A stretch of 64,000 nucleotides of DNA from Camelus ferus (taxonomy: Eukaryota), in assembly GCF_009834535.1 (NCBI RefSeq), contig NC_045707.1, forward strand, positions 19,902,001 through 19,966,000, in the 5' to 3' direction. A program made the translations under genes and the position numbers. The first letter of the stretch is position 1. The number at the start of each line of letters is the position of its first letter. The notes under the pieces are model-generated. The model ran no database searches. It was not told where the DNA came from and was given only the letters and a program-made list of their open reading frames with translations. Shown here piece by piece: positions 12,451 through 25,972 of this stretch.

Positions 12451-15400
12451 CTCACCCTCCTCTCCTCCCTGGTCCTCGTATGTATTTTAGAAGATGCGTG
12501 GGTATGGAACATCCTGCCTAGTCCTAGTGTACTAGGGTCTATCTATTTCGGCGTGTAATGTGTGATGCATTATTGGTGCGCAGGTACATGCCTGTGTCGT
12601 TTGCGAATGACTTGGGGTGTATGCGTTATCAGGGCTCCCTAATCTGTAGAATAAGGGTGGTGATCCGACTGGTTGTTGAATGAGGAAAATATAATAGGGG
12701 GGAAAATCACAAGACTCTGATCTCCCAGACCAGAGCCAGTCAGAGCCCTTATAGTGCTGCTCAGGCTCCCTGATTTAAAGGGTTGGCTTCCCTGGGGTTC
12801 TTACTCTGCCCAAGAGGCTGCACCTCTCTCCCCTACCACCCAGGAATACTTGGTCTCTTCGAGGTGCAGACAGAGCTGAGCAGGAAATTTTGTCCTCCCC
12901 AGAAGCCGACATAGACACCGTCAAAGTAGCCCCTGCTCTAATATAGTAGGAACAGGAAATGGATCACCTCCTCTGTCATTGGTATCTGTTGATGACATTC
13001 AGAAAGACATAATTAAGGTAGCCAGACAGACACAGCACTACCTTACCACCACTGGAGTCCTTGTCCTGACAGGTAACAGATCAATAAGGTATTATTTATT
13101 TGTAATTAATAATAATTGTTATTATGCTGCACCTTTCCATCAGCCTCTTCTCAAGGAGACACAGACATTTAAACTCAAAAAAAAAAAAAAAAAAAAGGCC
13201 TCTCTCCTGTTCTACTCTCCACTCCAACTTTTCCCAAATAATCACCTTGAGAGAAATGGTAGGATAGAGCAAAGGTTTAACCTCCCTCACCCTTACACAT
13301 TCTGTGGGATGGGGAGCAAGAGATGTCCCTGGTTCCTCCACACACACACACTTCCTTATCAAGTGGAGTCAGGTGATGGAAGTGTTTTCAGGGACCTTGA
13401 TCCTCCTGCCTATTGTGCCTGTGCTCCCAGGGACTTCTTGGTAAAGACCTTGGACTGATATTCCCTTGGGCAGAAGGAATTGAGAGCACTGGAGGGGGAT
13501 GGGCTCTGGGAGTGTGACATCATGAGGAGGAGGTGTTCTTGGTGGAGAAGGAGGGCAGTAAGGAGGAAATGCTCTATTATTTAGGTTATTGTTTTTTTTA
13601 ATATTTAGTTTTATTCTGTTTCTGATTATGAAAAACAAGGTAAATAAAGTATCAAGAATATAAAAAATCCCACTACTAGAGGTAACCAGTTAATATGATT
13701 TATATCTATATATATCCTATATATGTATATAAAATTTAACAAAAATAGGATCATAGTATTCTTTCTTTTTTTGGAAGCCTATCTTTTCCATTTGTGAACA
13801 GCTTTTAATATCATTGAATGTGTGCATGCATGATGGTGTCATCCTAATGGCTGCCATTTTGCCATTTTAAGATTCCATTGTATGAAGTATCAATTTATTT
13901 AACCAGTCTTCAATTAGGTTACTATATATTCTTATGCACTTGTTCAATTATTTCTTAGAGTAAATTTCTAGAAAGTTTTGCTCCCCAAGAAATCTTTCAT
14001 TGATATGTTGATACCTTCTAGAGATATTTTTGCATATATCAGCAAATACATGTTGCTATTACATCCCTTTTTTATACAAATATTATCATACTTTATACAT
14101 TGTTCTGCAGCTTGTTTCCCACCCCCCAACATTATATTGCAGATCAATCCATATCTGGATCGAAAGGTATACAGTTTTTTTTAAGGCTTGCAGTACATTC
14201 AGTGGCGAGGCATTATTTCCTGTCTTCCTTCATCTTCCAGGCGCAGAGACCTGCCCTCAAGTGTTCCTACATACTTTTCTTCTTGCGTTATTCCTCAGAT
14301 AGCTTTTTCCTCCCTTCTGTCATGACATGGATCCTTTTCTCTAAAGCACTAGCCTCACTGTGACAACTGGATTTCTTCAGAAAAGGAAAACGCCCCCCTT
14401 TCCTGGTATTCCTCCTGGCCCAAAACATACAGATGTCTAGTCTATGCCAAGCTTCTTTAGAGACTTTTTATTTTTTAATGCATTGTTTCAATAGATAATA
14501 TACTCATAGTCTATATATCACATTCAGTAGATAAAATATACATGGTTTAACATTCAAAGTATGCAAGAGGGGAGGGTATAGCTCAAGTGGTAGAGCACAT
14601 GCTTAGCATGCATGAGGTTCTGGGTTCAATCCCCAATAACTCCTCTTTAAAAAAAAATAAGCCTAATTATCCCCCACCAAAAATTGACCAAAGTATATAA
14701 AAATATATATAGTGAGAAGTATCCCTCCCACTCCTCTTGCCCAGCACCTGCTTCCTGTCCCTAGAGGGAGACAAATCAGTCTTATCTGTCTCTTATACAT
14801 TCTTCCAGAAATATTTTTTACCTGAGAAAGCAAACATATATTTTTCCCTTTTAAGCATAAAAATTACCATACTATAAACACTGTCCACAGCTTGCTTCTT
14901 TTAGCTAATACTACATCTTAAAGATCATTACCTGTCAATCTTTAAAGCATGCTCTCATTTCTTTTTTTAACATTGCATAATATTCCATCATACGAATATA
15001 CCTAATTTACCTAACTAGTTCCCTGTTGATGCACATTTAGGTTGCTTCCAGTGTTACTACTACTAACAGTGCAGTGAATAACTGAATGTTACCTTGTAGG
15101 TATGTGAACACACTTATATGATAAATATCTGGAAGTCAAATTGTTGGGACTAAGGATTTTGAAGGGTCTTAATCTCAAATAGTTGTCATACTTGGAAGGA
15201 TTTGATAAAGTAATTCCTCTAAATCTGTTAACATATTAATAGGAGAACTCTTGAAGACCAAGAAGTCCTTAGTATGTGGTTTTTTAGGTGCTAAAAGCCA
15301 ATAAGAGATACTCTGGGGAAAAGGAACTTTGTAGAAAGGCAACTTGGTAATTCTTTATAGAAGATCCACTATGTGCGAGGGACTTTGCTCAATGCTAGGA

Positions 15401-18400
15401 AGACAAAGATACATGAAACACAAAGACGTAACAGTGAAGCAGAGGAGACTGTCTTCTGTCAAGAAGACAGTATGTTGTGTCATACCAGCAGCATAAGCAA
15501 AATCTGGAGGTTTGGGAAAGCCTTTACGGAATTAGTAACATTTGATCTGGGATCTTGAAGGATGAGCAGGACTGTGCAGGTGAAGGAGAAAAAGGTCTTT
15601 CCATGTGGAAGCTTCAGCATAAGCAAAAGCCAGGAAGCCTGGCAATGCCTGGCCCATTTGGGGAGCCAACTTCTACCTGGCATAACTAGAGTATGGAGGC
15701 ATGGTGGAGAATAGGAAAGGAATGTTGGCAGGTTTTAAGGATCCTTAAATGCTATACCAAGAAGTAAGGACTTATTTTGAAGGCACTGGGGAACTAGCAA
15801 AGGTTTTTGAGTAGAGAGATGATACTTGGGTTTTAGAAAGATAACTGGCACATTGTAGAATATGGGTTGCAAGTCAAGATACTGTAATAGCAGTTAGGTA
15901 ACAGACGAAAAGGAGCTAACGGTAAAGAAGCATGATTTACTGAGCACCTACTTTGTGAAAGTTTTTCATAAAATGTCATTTAAATTAAGCCTCACATCAC
16001 CCATGTGAAGCAGACTTTACTACCCTTATTTTACAGATACTTCAGCACTATTAAATAACCTGACACATTAAGATCACACATCTATTAAGGGGCAAACTGG
16101 TTCTTTCTATTACACCATGTTGGCACAGGGGAAGAGAAGAAAAGAGGTGGATTCGAGAGACATTATGGAGATAGATTTATCTGATGTTGGTTATACGTAT
16201 AAGGTATGGGAATTATCCAAATGATTCCACGTTTCCAGCTTGGCCCCTGGGTGAGTGGTAATGCTATTAAACGGGAAACACAAGAGAAGGAGCAGACAGA
16301 AGGAGGTAAGATGACCTCAGGCTTGGACATGTTGAGTTTGCAGTGCCTATGGGACATCTAGAGATGGAAGCATCTAGAAGGCAAGTAGAAATAAATGCCT
16401 GAAGTTTAGGAACAAAAGAAAGCTAGAGAGTAAGATTTAAGACTTCTCAGGACAGATGTGAAGGTTGGAATTACAGGGATAGATCAGATGGTTCAGGGAG
16501 GAGGCGTAGACTGAGGACACCTACCTACTGATAAGCCCATGTTCAAGGAAGAGGACTAGTTCTCAGTTCTCAGGTTCCTTTCCTCCTTCCCTGTTTCTGC
16601 CCCCAAACAGTGATTCTTCAGAGAGTGGTATGCTGTCCCGCCTGGGTGATCTGCTCTTCTACACTATTGCTGAGGGACAGGAACGAATCCCTATCCACAA
16701 GTTCACCACTGTGAGTTCCTCTCTACTTGCTCAGAACGCTAATCCCTTAGGATCTCTGGAGACTGGGAAAGGGAAGCTAGACCAGAGCAGGGCAGCTAAC
16801 GGGTTGCTTCATGAAGAACAGCAAATGATAACACATGCCTAGGCTGATGAGGCAAGCCCATCCCTGCCCCACGTGGGATGGCTCAACCCTGTGACTCAAC
16901 CCTCCTTCTTGGTTTGCAACTTTGACCCAGGGGGTTCAGAAACTAGCTGTCTTGATGAAAAAGGGCAGGAAACCCCTATTGGCCCTCAGAGCTGTTACAT
17001 TCCCTCCTTTCTTAGTCTGCAAACCCATTGTTCCACCTGTTGTAGTAGTTGGGAAAGATGACTGGGATTGGATTCTTGTCCTTGTAGCTGACCTTACCAA
17101 GCTTCTTTCCCCTGAAGGCACTGAAGGCCACTGGACTGCAGACGTCGGATCCCCGGCTCCGGGACTGCATGAGCCAGATGCGCCACATGGTTCGAGAGTC
17201 CAGCAGTGGTGGCCTCTTGGACCGAGATCTCTTCCGAAAGTGAGGGCCCCAGAAACAAAGGCACCACTCTCAAAACCGTTCTGTGGACTTAGACTCTAAA
17301 AGCAGGGAGGGATCGTGGGGATTGGATAATTTAACCCCTTATTTCATTTTATTACTTATTTATTACACAAATAATATATGAATATGCATATACTCCTTAT
17401 AAAAGTTTAAATAATAGAGAAATACATGTCCTCCTTTCCCTCTCTCCCTAGTCCCAGCCCCCTTTCCCAGAAGTAAACATTGTTAATAGATTAGTGGGTA
17501 TCTTCTAGAGAATGTCCTATGCATTTACATACACATAGGAATAGATGTAAGTATACATTAGATGTAAGTATAATTTAGGATTTTTTAAATATAAAAATGA
17601 CCTACTGTACATATTATTCAGGTATTATTTTTTGTCCTATTCCAAGACACTGTGTCTTGGGGTATCTTTCCATGTCACTACAACCCCTCATTTTAGAGAC
17701 AAAGAAACTTAAGACCCAGAAAGATCAAGTGATGGGCCAGAGGTCACACAGCTGGTGGCCCCAAATCTGATGACCACTCACACCTTCTTTATTCCCAACT
17801 TCCATGGCTCCAGAGTGAGTCACAGCTGCATCTCTCCAGCCCCCTAACCCAATCGTGTCTGGGATCCAGGTGTGTGAGCAGCAACATTGTGCTCCTGACC
17901 CAGGCATTCCGAAAGAAGTTTGTCATTCCTGATTTTGAGGAGTTCACGAGCCATGTGGACCGCATCTTTGAAGATGCCAAAGAGCTCACTGGAGGCAAAG
18001 TGAGGGCCAGGGGACTGAGGGAGGGGCAAGGGCTCTGGGCCAGGTACACCTTGCTTCTCGGAGATTTCCTGGGGCTGGGAATCCAATGGATGTGAGATGA
18101 GAAGCAGGACCTCCAACAATGGGGATGAGGGCTTTATGTATTTTATGTGTCTAGAGCAGGTGAGGGAATCTGAAGTTTTTATTGAGACAACTGATACAAG
18201 GATTCAGTAGAACTTTGAGACCCATGGGGTAATTGAGCCTCAGAACAGAAAAGGGAAGCTGACTTCAGAATTCTCTTTGTACCTTTCATAGGCTTTACTG
18301 CCATCTCTGTAGGAGTGGGGTTACAGAAGATAAGGCCTTCTAGGACTTAAGGCTTGGATGTCTCTAAGAACAACAGGAAGGAGGGAACTCTGTTGTCCTG

Positions 18401-21400
18401 CAGAAGACAGAATATTAGTTTTTATCTAAAAGATTCTCCTGAGCCTGATCCTCAGCACTGTTCCCTCCCTCCACATCCATATCTCCATTCTGTCTATTTC
18501 TCTCCCTACTTGTACCCAGGTGGCGGCCTACATCCCTCAGCTGGCCAAGTCAAATCCAGACCTGTGGGGCGTCTCTCTGTGCACTGTGGATGGTCAGCGG
18601 TGAGATGCTGGGTGAGGAAGGGGAGGCAGGGCCCAGGTGCAGAGCACAGTCTGACCCCTTCCATGGCACCTGTCTGCCTCTAGGCACTCCGTGGGCCACA
18701 CAAAGATCCCCTTCTGCCTGCAGTCCTGTGTGAAGCCTCTCACCTATGCCATCTCCGTAAGTACCCTGGGCACAGACTACGTGCACAAGTTTGTGGGCAA
18801 GGAGCCCAGCGGCCTGCGCTACAACAAGCTCTCCCTCAACGAGGAAGGTGAGTGCTCGCAGAGCCCAGACCAGACTCACGGACAGACGCCCTCTTCTTAC
18901 CCCACCCTGCCCCCCAGCCTTTTTCGTGTGTTTGTTTCTCTGCCCTCCCCATCAGCTCTGTCATTCCATCCTCCCCAGCAAAGAAATCTTTCCCGTCTAC
19001 CTTGCAGAGTGGGCAGGCTGTAAAGGAGGTTTTGCTCAGTGGCTGATAAGACTCTGGGGGGTTTGTATTTCCCCAGGGATCCCCCATAACCCCATGGTCA
19101 ATGCTGGTGCCATTGTTGTGAGCTCCCTGATCAAGGTCAGTGCTTCCAGAAGGTACTGTTCTCTGAACCCCCTCTTTGCTATATCCCTCATGTCTGCCCA
19201 TCTCTCTCGGCAGATTGTTCTGAGGGTGCCCAGGAGGTAGTGAGGGCACAGCAGGGACCCACAAATTATGCTGAGGTTGTTAGTAAAAGGAACTGTACCC
19301 CTGCTCCCTCCCATGAGTCTGGAGCCCAGAACTTCCTGGCCTTTAGGGAAGCGAGCAGGTCCTGACCTCTGCCTGGGACCAAGGGCCAAATGCCAGACAC
19401 AGGGGGAGGACAGCTCTATTAGGTACCGATTGGCCACTTCTGGGTGTGGAACACATGGAAAGAAGGGTGAATGGCCAGACAGGGTAACTATTCACGTCAC
19501 CTGGAACTGTGAGCTGGCCTTGAGCAAGGATGTCAGGCCAGCCTGTCAGCTGTAGGTCTCCCAGGGCTTGAGCAAGAACCTGAGAGCAGTGTGGGCAGCA
19601 ACACCCCAGAGCCAATCACAGCCCCTCCTGGGGAAGGTGGTGTTAGGAACCCTCCCCACAAGGGACTCAGGTGTCAGAGTCCCTGTGGTGTCAACACTAT
19701 AGCTGACATGTACCGGAAGCAACTGGGGAGTAGGGAAGAGCAGGCTCAGGCTCCCCTCTGGCTCTGGGATAGCTCTGTCTACAGCCCCGTATCTGGGACC
19801 TGCCTCATCCCATTCCCATCGAAACAGGCCCTACTGACTTGACTCTCAGCTAAAATCTTTAGCTTTATTTCAGTGGTCAGTATAATTGCACAGTATACTG
19901 TATGCAACACATACCCTCCTCTCATTCCCATCACTCATGCTAGTCTTGGAGACAGCTATGGGAATCAGGGATAGGACAGAGTAAGGCTCCAGCCTGGGGT
20001 GTAAGGAATGGGGATGGGAGTCAGGGATACGGGTGGGGCTTGGGGACAGGACTGGAATTAGGCAAGTGAAAGTGGAAGTCAGGGATGAGGACTGGCATTG
20101 AGAATGGGAATAGGAGTGAGACTCAGGGGTGGGTGAGACTCACAGATGGGATGAGCTTATCTATACTCATTAATTGATAATAAAATCTAAGTGGTTTAGT
20201 TTTGAAGATCACTAGGTATGCAAAGATATTTAAAAAAAAAAAAGTCTCAGCTGTGAAAAAAAAATCATTGTAAAATGCAACACATGCCCAAACACTTTAA
20301 CTCCACAAGGTCCTTCTAACTGACTCTGCCACCTCCTAGGCCTAGAATACTGATATCTCTTTCTCTGTCTCTGCAGATGGACTGTAACAAAGCAGAGAAG
20401 TTTGATTTTGTAAGTTCCCTTGCTGCTCAGCCCCTGGCTGTCTTTCTCCATGGCATGTTATCCACTCCAGCTGCCCCAGTGCCTGGCTCTAACCCCACTT
20501 TGATGGTGCACCAGCCCACACCAGAAGCCTTATTTCTAGAGGTGTGGGAGCCTGCTGGCTTCAGAGAGGAAAGCCTCCTGAAGTCCTTGCTGGGATCAGG
20601 ACTGAGGAGTTCAGAAGGGTTAGTCAGCCTGTATGTGTTTAGGAGGGGTCCTCACGCACGAGGTGCCTCCCATGCCCCTTTTTCTCTTCCAGGTTTTGCA
20701 ATATCTGAACAAAATGGCTGGGAATGAATACATGGGTTTCAGCAATGCCACGTAAGGCCCTGTTCACAGGATCGGCTGAATGCACCTTGGGGCGTGTGTG
20801 TGTGTATGTGGAGAATGGAGGAGGAGGAGGTGGACGATAGAGGAAGTCTTAGGAGGAAAAATTCCCAGGGGAATTTTGGCCTCCCAGCTTCCTCTGAGCC
20901 CCTTCATTGACATTTGTCTACTTTGTAAAAAGAATTTGTTCCATTTCTATTTAGTACTTAATGAGAGAGATGGTGTAAGAGTTTGCACTGGGCCCTTTCT
21001 TAACCAAGCCTCTCAAAGCCAAAAACCTCACGTTTTCCTAGACTAGGTGACTAGACTATTTTGGGTTTGGTTTTGTTTTTCACACTTTACAATAAAGCTG
21101 GGCCCAGTGCTTGCTCGGGTTCAGAAGTCTCCTCCAGCATCACCGTGACAATTTATAAAGGGGCCGATTTAGTTTGACATGTGTGATCTAGTCCCTCTCA
21201 GGGAAGATATTTCCCCCCTTCTCCTCACACTCACCTCTCAAATGTCAATTACTAAACCGGGTGTTTGCTTCAGATTCCAGTCAGAGAAGGAAACAGGGGA
21301 TCGGAATTATGCCATCGGCTATTATCTAAAGGAAAAGAAGGTAACTGGGAGAGGCCGGTAGAGAAAGTACCCTGGAGATCCTGCGGCTGGTGGAGGGCAG

Positions 21401-24400
21401 TTGGGTGTGGGGACTTTGGCTGAAATCCTGACACTGTGACAGGGACTGCTGATGGCCTGGAGAGAAACGCTCTCCCCTCTTCTTCCTTGCAGTGCTTTCC
21501 TAAAGGGGTGGACATGATGGCTGCCCTCGATCTCTACTTCCAGGTAAGCAAGCGCTGCTGTTTAGCCCAGGGTCAAGGGAACAGGACAGACTGCCCTCTT
21601 GCTCCGACCCACGAGAGGGATGCTTGTCTCCCATGGTCTGGTGTCCTTCAGAAACGCCAGGGGAACTTGTCGAAGGATTAGGGTGCCAAGAACATTGCTC
21701 TGCCCGCAAGAGCACAGCGTTCACGCCCACACCACACCCTCACCTGCACCTTGTCTCCACAGCTGTGCTCCGTGGAGGTGACCTGTGAATCAGGCAGTGT
21801 CATGGCAGCCACCCTGGCCAACGGCGGGATCTGCCCCATCACAGGCGAGAGCGTGCTGAGCGCTGAAGCAGTGCGCAACACCCTCAGCCTCATGCACTCC
21901 TGCGGCATGTACGACTTCTCGGGCCAGTTTGCCTTCCACGTGAGTGCTTCTGGCCCTGCCATCCGTTTGCAACGAGCCCAGAGCCCAGAGCCAAGAGAGG
22001 ACACTGTCTCTGAAGTGGGAGAGGTGGAAGCTTGTTCCTGCCTCTCATGCACTTACTTCCAGCCAGGCAATTAGGGGAGTTTGTCAAACACACTAAGTCC
22101 CCAAACACGTAAACACATGACAGTGCAGCTTCAGAACCACTCCTCTGTGCCCTTCACTGGGCTGACGAGTCTCCTCCAGGTCTCATCCAGGATGTCACTG
22201 CCAAAGAGAGGTCTTTTTGGTCTTCCTCTCTCCCCCTCCCACATCATTCTCAGTCACAGCACCTTGCTTTTTTTATGACGTGTTATTATCAGTTGTGATT
22301 ATTCCTGTTTGTTTCCCTGTTGATTGTCTATCTCCTACCAGCAGAACGTAAGTTAACAGGGCCTCTCCTAGGGCTTGCACAGCGTCAGGCACATAGTAGA
22401 TAATACATACTTCCTTACTGAGTTATAAATTCAAGAGGGGGCAGGGAAGGATAGGAGTAAGAAAAACTAATCAACAAACCCAGAGGTTGAGAAGGGTGTG
22501 GCCTTGCCCACACAGTTATTTGGGACAGACTGCCTTGTTAACCTGGACGTGGGGCACCTCTAGCTCATCCTGTGTCACCTCTGTCCCCAAGGTGGGTCTG
22601 CCAGCCAAGTCAGCGGTGTCAGGAGCCATCCTCCTGGTGGTGCCCAATGTCATGGGAATGATGTGTCTGTCACCTCCACTGGACAAGCTGGGGAACAGCT
22701 ATAGGGGCGTCAGCTTCTGCCAGGTGAGTCACTTTGCATACAGTATTTAACATTTTTGAATGAGTAAATCAATTTTGAGTTCCTCCTGGGAGCAAGGAGG
22801 AAGTAAACAATCTCTATGGCTTATAATTCTAGAAGTTGGTGTCTCTCTTCAATTTCCACAACTATGACAACCTGAAGCACTGTGCTCGGAAGTTAGACCC
22901 ACGGCGTGAAGGGGGAGAAGTTCGGGTAAGGAAAACCCCAGGTGGCCTGCAAGACTATTTCAGGATAGAACATGCAGTAACACTTCAGGAAAACCCTTGG
23001 CTAAGCGTCCGTGGAGGGGGGTGACGGGGCAGAGCTGGGCATGGGTGGATTAAAAGTCACAGTTAACCTCAGGTAGGTATGATATGTTTTCCAGAACAAG
23101 ACTGTGGTGAACCTGTTATTTGCTGCCTCTAGTGGAGATGTCTCAGCTCTTCGAAGGTACTTCTACTGTGACCAAATAGACCCAATAAAATACTCCTGGT
23201 CAGAGATCTCATTAGCAGTCAACAAAGCAAAATTGTTAAGTGTTTCAGCTTTAGAGTCAGAGTTGACAGAGTTGACATTTAAATGAGGTGCTTTTTTTTT
23301 TTAAGTACAATCACTGCCATGTGGTAAGAGCTTAATTAATGGTAACCATTGTTATGATTAACCTGGGTGTTGAAAGCAGAGTCCTAGAAGGGAGGTAGGA
23401 CTACCTGCCTCAAATGGATCACCAACATCAACAAGTATGTCCCGGACACCTACCACAGGTAGGCAGTGATGTTTCTGGAACCACCACACTCCCACCTCTC
23501 TGACATAGGAGAACAGTCTCATCTGGGTAGAGAACATAGATTGTACAGGGTCTACAGATGTTAGCATAAGCTCTGTTTTACTTTTGCTGGAACCCATTCA
23601 GTCTGACCCCATTTCAGGAAGGATACCAGTGATTCTCGGCTGCTCAGGGTAACTCCAGCTACTTTGCACTTCCCCCAGGTTTGCCTTGTCAGCCATGGAC
23701 ATGGAACAGAAAGACTATGACTCCCGCACAGCTCTGCATGTTGCTGCAGCTGAAGGTATGTGAGGGTTAAATAAGAGGGGAAGCAGATCTTAAAGCCCAT
23801 CTTTTCTACCAAGAGTACCCCACCTCACGTGGGCCCTCAAGGTTCCAAGGGCAGCAACTAGTTTTGTCCAGATACCCTTCAGTTGTAGGCTGACTACTGT
23901 TGGGTGCCGCAAGAGCGAAAATGGGAGGCCTTTCTCCCTCCCCTCTTAGTTCGGACTCCAGCCACCAAGGGTCTACACTGATGTTAACACCGAAAGAATC
24001 AGGATCTATACCCTCTCATTTTCCTTCTGCCCATATTCTTAGGACACACTGAAGTCGTTAAATTCCTGATTGAGGCTTGCAAAGTGAATCCTTTTGTTAA
24101 GGACAGGTGAGTAGGATTAAGCTAAAAGGCGGGGATGGGAGGTGGGCAGCAGCTTCCCCACCACTGCGCTCCAGCCACCACAGTTATGTATATAACCGGG
24201 GCACTCTCGATATCTTCTTTGCCTAATCATGGTCTTTGTTCCTCCTCTTAGGTGGGGCAACATCCCCCTGGATGATGCTGTGCAGTTCAACCACCTGGAG
24301 GTGGTGAAACTGCTCCAAGATTACCAGGACTCATACACACCATCTGAGACTCAGGCTGAAGCAGCAGCTGAGGTCCTGTCCAAAGAGAACTTAGAGAGCA

Positions 24401-24408
24401 TGGTGTGA
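11938..24408 (+). CDS. GLS2: Glutaminase 2 (liver-type, mitochondrial), GAB form, 602 aa
   Basis: join(11938..12119,16611..16710,17118..17239,17870..17999,18520..18599,18684..18847,19077..19135,20377..20409,20693..20751,21274..21340,21493..21543,21763..21939,22592..22723,22833..22925,23095..23156,23679..23755,24043..24106,24252..24408) = 1809 nt. All introns GT-AG, phases consistent. N-term [11 protein letters not shown], catalytic QSCVK and GMYDFSG intact, C-terminal ankyrin repeats, ends KENLESMV*. Confidence 0.98.
14567..14688 (+). mobile_element. tRNA-Ala-derived SINE in GLS2 intron 1
   Basis: ggggagggtatagctcaagtggtagagcacatgcttagcatgcatgaggttctgggttcaatcccc; imperfect TSD caaagtatgcaa/caaagtatataa. 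Confidence 0.9.
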
Positions 24409-24906
24409 GCATGGGGCATGCGCAGTCCCTGTGTAAGAAAAAGCACGAGCTGGCCACACACTTTAACATGTAACCACTGGACATGCTATGGAGAGCCACA
24501 CTGTTTCAGTGTGGACCAAGACTTAGGCCAGTGCTTTCTGTGAGAGTCAAAATACCCCGTTCCCTTAGCAGACAGAGTACAGAGAAGTGCCTTGATGGAC
24601 ACCGGCAGTAGAGCTATCCATGGAGTTTGGGGGCTTCTTCAAGGGACAGCCTGATGGCTTAGGCCACTCAAAATCATCCCAGGTCTTCACCTAGGTCCCC
24701 TCTTCCTCTCCTTGAAGAAACCATTATGAGAGAGACTCTGGTGAAGGGGCTCTAGATACCAAGCACGCGCATACATCCACAGAGGAAGTGGGGAGCTATG
24801 TACCGGGCTTCAGTTGTCTGGAAAGATCTGCCACCCACGTTGGCCAGGACGTGCTGCTGCTACTGCTAACAGCAATTTCATAGACAGAAAAAGTATTTTG
24901 TGCTCA

Positions 24907-24912
24907 AATAAA
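24907..24912 (+). terminator. GLS2: GLS2 proximal poly(A) signal AATAAA
   Basis: First AATAAA after the stop codon (~500-nt 3'UTR); further AATAAA at 25235 and 25636. Confidence 0.7.
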
Positions 24913-25972
24913 CTTTAATTACACAAATTATTTTTACTGGACCCAGTCCTTCTCTTTCTCCCCTAGCAGCATCTAGCTGCATCACCATCATAAAGGGAGA
25001 ATAAGATGGAACCACAGAGTCAGACAGAGCCCAAGCAACACATATTTCACACACATACTCACTCACCCCACTAGGTTTTCCTCAGCTACCAATACTGCTT
25101 TAGGTTACGTGTATTCTGACAGGGGAGGCAAATGGGTCTGAGCAGGTCTCAAAATGGACTGTGTAAGACCTCAGGCCTCCCTCCTCCTTCTAGAAGTCAC
25201 AACTGTAGCAAAAATGAAGATGGAACTTCCCAAGAATAAAGTTTCTAACACCAATTCCCTCAGTAAGCCCCAAATGTCTCTTCCCCTTTGGTCATGGTTG
25301 TAACTGGGTCCAATGAGTCCAACAGATTGACCAGGTGTCAGAGGTGTGCAGATTAAGGCAGATGAGCTCAGGTTTAGGAGAGCTGCAGCTGTATGGGACT
25401 GAGTCTGTAACACTAAGGTATTGGGGAAGGATGGCTGTTACTCTGATAGTCAGCAAAACACTTCCTGAGGGAGCCAGAGCCCAGACTGTAAATGCTGTAC
25501 AGAAAGGGCCAAATCATTCACTGCACCACTCCTCCAGCCAGAGGTAGAAAAGATTTACTCTGGAGAGATTCGGTAGAGTCCCCAAAACAAACAAGTTACA
25601 TGTGGGCAAAAGGAGGGAGAGGTAGCACAGTGAAGAATAAATTCAAACATAGCTGGAAATTAAGCCCCCAGGACTGAATACAGTCTGTGAAAGACCAGGG
25701 TACAGGGAGGCAGAGAGACTGAAGGAAGCAAGTCAGAGAAAGTACATTCATGACAGCCTAGGAAACTAGCAGTAGTGTGGGGGTGGAGAGAGGGTGGCTG
25801 TATGCCTAGCTTTCACAGGGTAAGGGAGTGGAAGATGACTAAGATATTGCACAGAAGACCCGACACTGAATTGTGGGAGCTAGCGGTTGCTTGGGGAACA
25901 GTTAAAAGGTTTCGGACACTTAGAGCGGAAGACTGGCCAAGAGCATGATTAGGTACTTCAGCAATGGACATA

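Noticed and set aside
11266-12490. Many overlapping 80-160 aa ORFs in the GLS2 CpG island (and likewise at 40679-41209)
   Set aside because: Expected from stop-codon scarcity in GC-rich DNA; low-complexity Pro/Arg/Gly/Ala content and no recognisable homology.
10400-12700. p53 response elements, expected because GLS2 is a p53 target
   Set aside because: Only isolated imperfect half-sites were seen by eye (e.g. ataCATGctt near 10572); a PWM scan is needed.
19960-20150. G-rich quasi-repeat in GLS2 intron 7
   Set aside because: No consistent period or spacer structure; it looks like degenerate purine-rich low-complexity sequence.
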